A stretch of 64,000 nt of DNA from Phoronis australis (Eukaryota > Animalia > Phoronida), in assembly GCA_002633005.1 (NCBI GenBank), contig NMRA01000273.1:501555-565554 (forward strand). The letters run 5' to 3'. Both the position numbers and the translations under genes were made by a program. Below, one piece after another: positions 58,601 to 64,000 of this stretch. Position 1 is the first letter of the stretch, and each line of letters begins with the position of its first letter. Under the pieces are notes generated by a model. The model ran no database searches and was not told where the DNA came from. It saw only the letters and a list, made by a program, of their open reading frames with translations.

Positions 58601-61600
58601 GCAATTTCATTTTGTTCTGTTTTCCTTTGTTTCTCTGAAGTTCCTTGACAGATTTTTATGAAATATGGCATGTTCCTGTTTTTGGATGAATTGTATGTTT
58701 TTGCGCCATCTAGTGGCCATTTTTATGATACAAATAAATAACCCTAAAAGCACACCATTTGCAATGCATTCGTGGGCGCATTTCAGCGCTCCGTGTTGCT
58801 ATTGTGTTGATTGTTGAGACTTGTCAGTTTCTTCACACTTTTATACGTCCTGTTGTGATGTATTTTCAGGGCGTTTGCACGGATGGGTAATGCGTACAGA
58901 AAGCAGGATGACTTGGAAAATGCCTTGGTCTATTTCAACAAGTCAATAACAGAACACAGGAATCCGGATGTTGTTAAACAAGTGCATGAGGTAAATGTCG
59001 AGAAAATGTAGCCTGCTGATTCGTTTTGGACTTCACTAGCTTTAGTGTGGGCTTCACAATGTTGAACGTGGGCTTCACTTTGTTCAGTGTGACTTCACTA
59101 GATCACTGTGACTTCTCTAGATTGACTGTGGGCTTCACTAAGTTTAATGTAGGCTTCACTAGATTCAGTGAGGGCTTCAGTAGATTCAATGTGACTTCTA
59201 AATTCAGCGTAGCTTCACTAGATTCTGGCTGAATTCTCTAGGTTCAGTGTAGGTGCCACTTGATTCAGTGTGAGCTTCACTAGATTCAGTTTGGGCTTCA
59301 CTAGATTTAGCGTGACTTCACTAGATTCAGTTTGGGCTTTGCTAAATTTAGTGTGGCTTTACTGGATTCAGTGTGGCTTCAATAGGTTTAGTGTGACTTC
59401 TCTAGGTTCAGTGTGGGCTACACTAGATTCTGTGTGAGCTTCACTTGGTTCAATGTGGGCTTCACTAGATTCACTATGGGCTTCACTTGGCTCAGTGTGG
59501 GCTTTACTAGATTCATTGTGGGGTTCACTAGGTTCATTGTGGGTTACACTAGGTTAAGGATAGGCTTCTCTAGGTTTAGTGTGGGCTTCACTAGCTTCAG
59601 TGTAACTTCTAGATTCAGTGTGGGCTTCACTAGATTAATGGGACTTGACTAAATTCCATGTGGGCTTTACTAGATTCAGCGTGACTTCCTCTAAATTTAG
59701 CATGAGCTTCACTTTATTAACACAGTGATTCTTTCCATGATTACGTCACACAATACTTGTTCTCAGGACACTCGATTCCATCGACTCCTTGAAATTAAAC
59801 TATACTATTTGATGATACTTCAAGAATTCTTTCAGTGGTTATTTAGCCACCAATTTTTGACAGGTCTAGTTGTCCCACTATTCACCTAAGGCGGCCTGCC
59901 AGCACAGTCACCGTACATTGGAATGTTTCTTTGAAAGTCTTGTTTATTTGTTTTCCTATTTGTGTGCGAATATTAGAACATTCAAATTTCACCTAATAAA
60001 TTTTGGCTTGCCAGTAAGCACCAGCAGTATGTCCGATACCTGATTTTCTGCTGCTGAAACAGTCGTCAGTCTTTGGTTGTCGTACACATCCTTCATCAAA
60101 CTTGGACAATATTATTCAAACTTGGCCTTCCTTATTCAAGGTTACACACGACGCTTTCATAATATTCTTGTTTCCGTGACAACTGTTGTTATTTTAGCAT
60201 ATGTTAGTTTACTGCGCAGGCGTACAAACAAGACATGGGATGTGTTTATTTTGATCACGAGTTGGTAAGAAACGTGTTGCTTGGTGATGGTAATCCTTAA
60301 ATATAGTAAATTTGAATTGTGTTCCTGGCCAGCAAACTTATGGTTAACACCAAGGGTTACCAATAGACAAGGTTTTCCATACTTATAATTCAGTGTTTAA
60401 AAGTTGTCTTGACCAACATTCAAGCTTATTCAAGGTTTTTTTGACAATCTTGATTTACCTTCCTGCTAGTAATATTTCTCGAATTTATCTTACGATGATT
60501 AGTGATGGAGCAAGGAAATTCAAGCTTGGACAAATGTTTCATTCAAGATGACATGACATTAAGCTTGCTCAAATTAAGGCAAGGCTTCTTTATAACATAT
60601 TATAATACCGTAATAACTGCACAAATTTAACCTATGCTTTTTTGTAATATATTATATTGCCCTAATAACTATGCACGAATTTGACTTACCAGAACTATCC
60701 TAGTAATTCAGCCTGGGCTGAGAACCACTACTGCTTCAAGTGTTTCTACAAATATCTAAAGTATATGTTTTAAGTGTGAAGGGAATTTTCTCTAACTGAT
60801 TTCAGACTGAGTTTGGAATTGACACAGCGTCAGAAAAAGGGCAAGTGTTATTTCATTTGTTAGCCATTTTGCAATTGTTGGAATGTTTCTCTTGTAGATT
60901 GAAAAACTGAAGAAAGCCAAGGAAAGGTTAGCGTATATCAACCCAGAGCTGTCCATTGAAGAGAAAAATAAGGGAAATGTTTTTTTCCGAGAAGGTAATG
61001 ATGCAGAATTAGGCAATGCACAAATGGTGTCCTGTCTGAAACCATATATGTCCGTTTGAATAAGGTTTTGGCCCTAAAAGTAAATAGACTTGCTTGATAG
61101 CGCGATGTGTCTGTTATATTTGTTGTCCTCAAGAAAATCACTCTGTCTGCAAGTTTAGGGTTCATATCTGCAATTTGGAAACATCTGAGAATTACTGGTC
61201 ATGCCAACATTTCCCTCTAAGAGTCCCCTGTTCCGAAGGTGGAAGCACCTTACCTCTCTTGTGAGTAAGGACCCTGTCAAAAACCATGGTAATTGAGTGC
61301 AGGTAGTGGCACGTTTGTTTTGACATACTCTCGTGTGTAAACAAGGTCATTTGTGTAGTGTTAAGTCTGCATTCCTGTGTTTCTGTTAGAGTTGCAGTTG
61401 TGCACACAATGTCTCAGAAACACTGCACAGCGTAGAACCAGCTTGTTTGCTTTGCACTTGTCCATTAAGGACACAAATCTGTCCTATCTGGTTTGACTTG
61501 TAACAGTGCAGCTTGACATTTTGCTGCATTTCTCTCACCAGGCAAATGGCCAGATGCAATCAAGTGTTATTCAGAGGCGATAAAAAGGAATCCAGACGAT

Positions 61601-64000
61601 GCCAAAATATACAGTAATCGGGCAGCCTGCTATTCAAAGTTAATGGAGTTCTCCTTGGCTCTTAAAGACTGCGATGAGTGTATTCGTCTAGATCCTACCT
61701 TCAGTAAGTCATTTGGTTTTGGTGTGGGTGTGTGCTTCAGTAAGTCACTTAGTGTTGGTATGTGCTTCAATAATTGATTTACTGTTGGTATTATGTGCTT
61801 CAATAAGTGACTACAAATGATTTCCTACAAACACAATTCGAAGTGTGCGACAAAGAGGCGCGAATGAACTAACCAATGACATATCCACTGTAATTATGTA
61901 TCCCACGAACAGGAGCATACTCGGCAAAAGTCATAGTGTGCTTCAGTAGATGACTTATTTTTGGTTTTCGTTTGGCTTGTACTTTACTTGTTGGGTGCAA
62001 TTATCTAGCTTGTGCACAGCCGTGCCATCAACCATTACACTACCACTCATTACCCTGGTACCTTTGCTGGTCAATGTCAAGCATGTACACCCCTGTGCCA
62101 TCAACCATTACACTACCACTCATTTCCCTGGTACCTTTGCTGGTCAATGTCAAGCATGTACACACCTGTGCCATCAATCATTACACTACCACTCATTACA
62201 CTGGTACCTTTGCTGGTCAATGTCAAGCATGTACACACCTGTGCCATCAATTATTACATTACCACTCACTACACTGGAACCTTGATGTCAATCCCAATAT
62301 CAAATCCCTAGTGATATTCCTTGTTGTTGACTTCATGTGTGGTTGACTGTAGTATGCATTCTAGGCCAATCTAGCTGTGAAGTGGTGCTGTATTGTCCTA
62401 TGACATGCAGGAGTGAAGGGGATGGATGATAGCTATGTTGGCTAATACTCCTCTCTGCTCTGCACCCTCTGCCTAAATAAGGGTATCAAACAGCCATATG
62501 CACAAACTTCGAATCGTATGCCTGGCTTGATGCTTCGGGTAATGCCAACTCGTCAAATGCGACCTAGCAAAATTCCCAGATCACCAAATGGGAACTTTGG
62601 TTGCCAAATCATGGTAACCCCAAATGGGGAGTTTCAGAAGTCCTGGTACAGGCATAGGTGGCAACAGCCGAATATGAAATTGAAGAACCGGCAAACTCAG
62701 AAAATATCTGTTCGCGCACCTTAGACCACCCACATGTGGTTGTTTTTCAGTCGAATAGAAAATTGTGTCTCACGTGACCAATTTCTCCCTTGGGCCTGAC
62801 ATCCTGCATAGTTTCACCTCCTGGGGCAGAGACATACGATTGGAGCGCATAAATGGGCCATTGTGATTTTCAACAAACATTCCGACTCCCAGCTGCTTAC
62901 TTCCTTTAGTATTTTAGTGTGGGTCAACTTGGCATTTTACCAGGTCACCAAACAAAATCTTCAGTTCGCCAAATCAAGCCCTGGCATTGCAGAACCACTG
63001 AAGTGCATTTGAACTGTTAGATCATACATACAAAGCACAACGTCATACGTACATACGCTATGTGCATTCTTTCATACAGTTCGTTCATTTCATTTTTGTT
63101 AGAACAATTGACTTTACAGATTGTTCGCATCATTCTGTGTTTGTACATATGTTGTAGTTCATACTTGTGATTCAGTGGTGCAAGCAGATGACTTAGTGGT
63201 TGTGACATATGGTTTCAAATTTGTGTATGTTTGCATAGTACCACTTATGTTATTACCACCAGTATCATCACCAAAATTTTATAGCTATTATGGTGTTGTT
63301 ATTGTTATTGTAATAATTAGCATTATTATAAATAATATTGGTGTCAATACAGTTTAATCAATTATATATTTTGATTTCTTCCAATACGACTCTTATGCAT
63401 TTTTGTTCCAGTCAAGGGTTATCTGCGTAAAGCTAACTGCCTAGTAGCCATGAAAGACACTGCCAAGGCGCAGGACGCCTACCATAAAGCACTGGAAATT
63501 GACCCCAACTGTCAGGTATAGTGAAACTGGTCTCACAGAGGTAGCTACTAATGCTAGTCTGGACATAGAGGCTAGGTCTTGTAAATAGCACGTGAAATAA
63601 GAGGTGCAGACAATGACATAATTGAGTGATTGTGAAGCTGAAGTGGCCACGAACTATTTTCTTATCAAAAACAACCATTGCTAAATGCTAACTGTCCTGT
63701 GCATTATAGCAATACCCATAGTTAGTTTGTGGGAATATGCTGATTAGTCACTCTCGAAATATCGCTTTCATTGGTTATTTTTGACGAGCCTTTTAAGTTT
63801 TGAATCTACGGGCATGTGATATGTAAGAGAGAAATCAACTTAGAATTTTTGTAAAATTTGTTTCTTTAAAATAGATTTGTTGTGAAATTCTTAAATATTT
63901 GCTCATGTATTCAGTCATAAGCAACATCACACTTAATGTTTTCCAAGTTTTTCATTGTTTACCAACAGGAGGCACTACAAGGCTATCGTCAGTGCTTGGA
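52595..64000 (+). CDS. STIP1: Stress-induced phosphoprotein 1 / Hop-like gene span (TPR2A-TPR2B; runs off the window)
   Basis: Eight phase-consistent exons give [24 protein letters not shown]...[16 protein letters not shown]...[35 protein letters not shown]..., closely matching STIP1 TPR2A and TPR2B. Confidence 0.95.
53031..53524. mobile_element. About 494-bp foldback/palindromic MITE in STIP1 intron 1
   Basis: Arms of about 240 bp pair along their length (gagcttcata...cactgcgca with tgcgcagtg...tatgaagctc) around a short loop near 53275-53295. Confidence 0.85.
54281..54407 (+). CDS. STIP1: STIP1 exon 2 (TPR2A start)
   Basis: [42 protein letters not shown]; 127 nt. Confidence 0.95.
55690..55900. 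repeat. Degenerate about 32-37-bp minisatellite (gttacgaaatgtacccttgcag)
   Basis: Direct observation. Confidence 0.75.
55959..56061 (+). CDS. STIP1: STIP1 exon 3
   Basis: [33 protein letters not shown]; 103 nt. Confidence 0.95.
56060..56340 (+). repeat. Degenerate about 90-100-bp repeat starting at the STIP1 exon 3 donor, about 3 copies
   Basis: gtatgtacccaggttacaa...gatcaagtttttatcaacacagttatgagac recurs. Confidence 0.8.
57058..58808. mobile_element. Non-autonomous element with Helentron/HINE-like architecture and an internal about 450-bp (3 x 150) tandem array
   Basis: T-run then atgcgcccac (57063-57072) inverted with gtgggcgcat (58772-58781). A cgtc/tgtc simple tract lies near the 5' end, followed by nearly four higher-order repeats. 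Confidence 0.7.
58870..58990 (+). CDS. STIP1: STIP1 exon 4
   Basis: [40 protein letters not shown]; 121 nt. Confidence 0.95.
59027..59712. repeat. Degenerate 20-21-bp minisatellite (ttcagtgtgggcttcactaga), about 30 copies
   Basis: Direct observation. Confidence 0.93.
60898..60994 (+). CDS. STIP1: STIP1 exon 5
   Basis: [32 protein letters not shown]; 97 nt. Confidence 0.95.
61542..61703 (+). CDS. STIP1: STIP1 exon 6 (TPR2B)
   Basis: [53 protein letters not shown]; 162 nt. Confidence 0.95.
62022..62283. repeat. 73-bp tandem repeat, about 3.5 copies
   Basis: gtgccatcaa starts at 62022, 62095, 62168 and 62241. Confidence 0.95.
63412..63515 (+). CDS. STIP1: STIP1 exon 7
   Basis: [34 protein letters not shown]; 104 nt. 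Confidence 0.95.
63969..64000 (+). CDS. STIP1: STIP1 exon 8 (partial)
   Basis: caacag|[10 protein letters not shown]..., matches EAADGYQRCM of vertebrate STIP1. Confidence 0.9.

Overview
AT-rich, intron-rich animal genomic DNA. The organism is probably a highly heterozygous marine invertebrate, possibly a deuterostome (inference only). There are three N-gaps and two single-N junctions. Three protein-coding genes can be reconstructed by hand. (1) An intronless, divergent Q50 homeobox gene (17537-18373, +). (2) An EMAP-like (EML1-4 type) gene on the minus strand (about 50182 down to 21416): N-terminal coiled coil, HELP motif and WD40/TAPE repeats, with one U12-type intron; its linker exons are unresolved. 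(3) A STIP1/Hop-like co-chaperone gene on the plus strand (52595 to beyond 64000), head-to-head with EML, which appears to begin at TPR2A and so lack TPR1-DP1. Intergenic and intronic DNA holds many non-autonomous DNA transposons: AT-target elements, elements with 5-bp target duplications, a foldback MITE and a Helentron/HINE-like element carrying a phased array of CTCF-like motifs. There is also a truncated CR1/L2-like LINE whose tail is a (GTAA)n microsatellite, a tRNA-SINE head and several minisatellites. The most unusual signals are decayed tandem copies of exon edges and splice sites beside many exons, the truncated Hop, and the orphan homeobox gene with an out-of-frame upstream ATG. Most ORFs in the supplied track are spurious. 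All calls come from reading the sequence; no searches were run.
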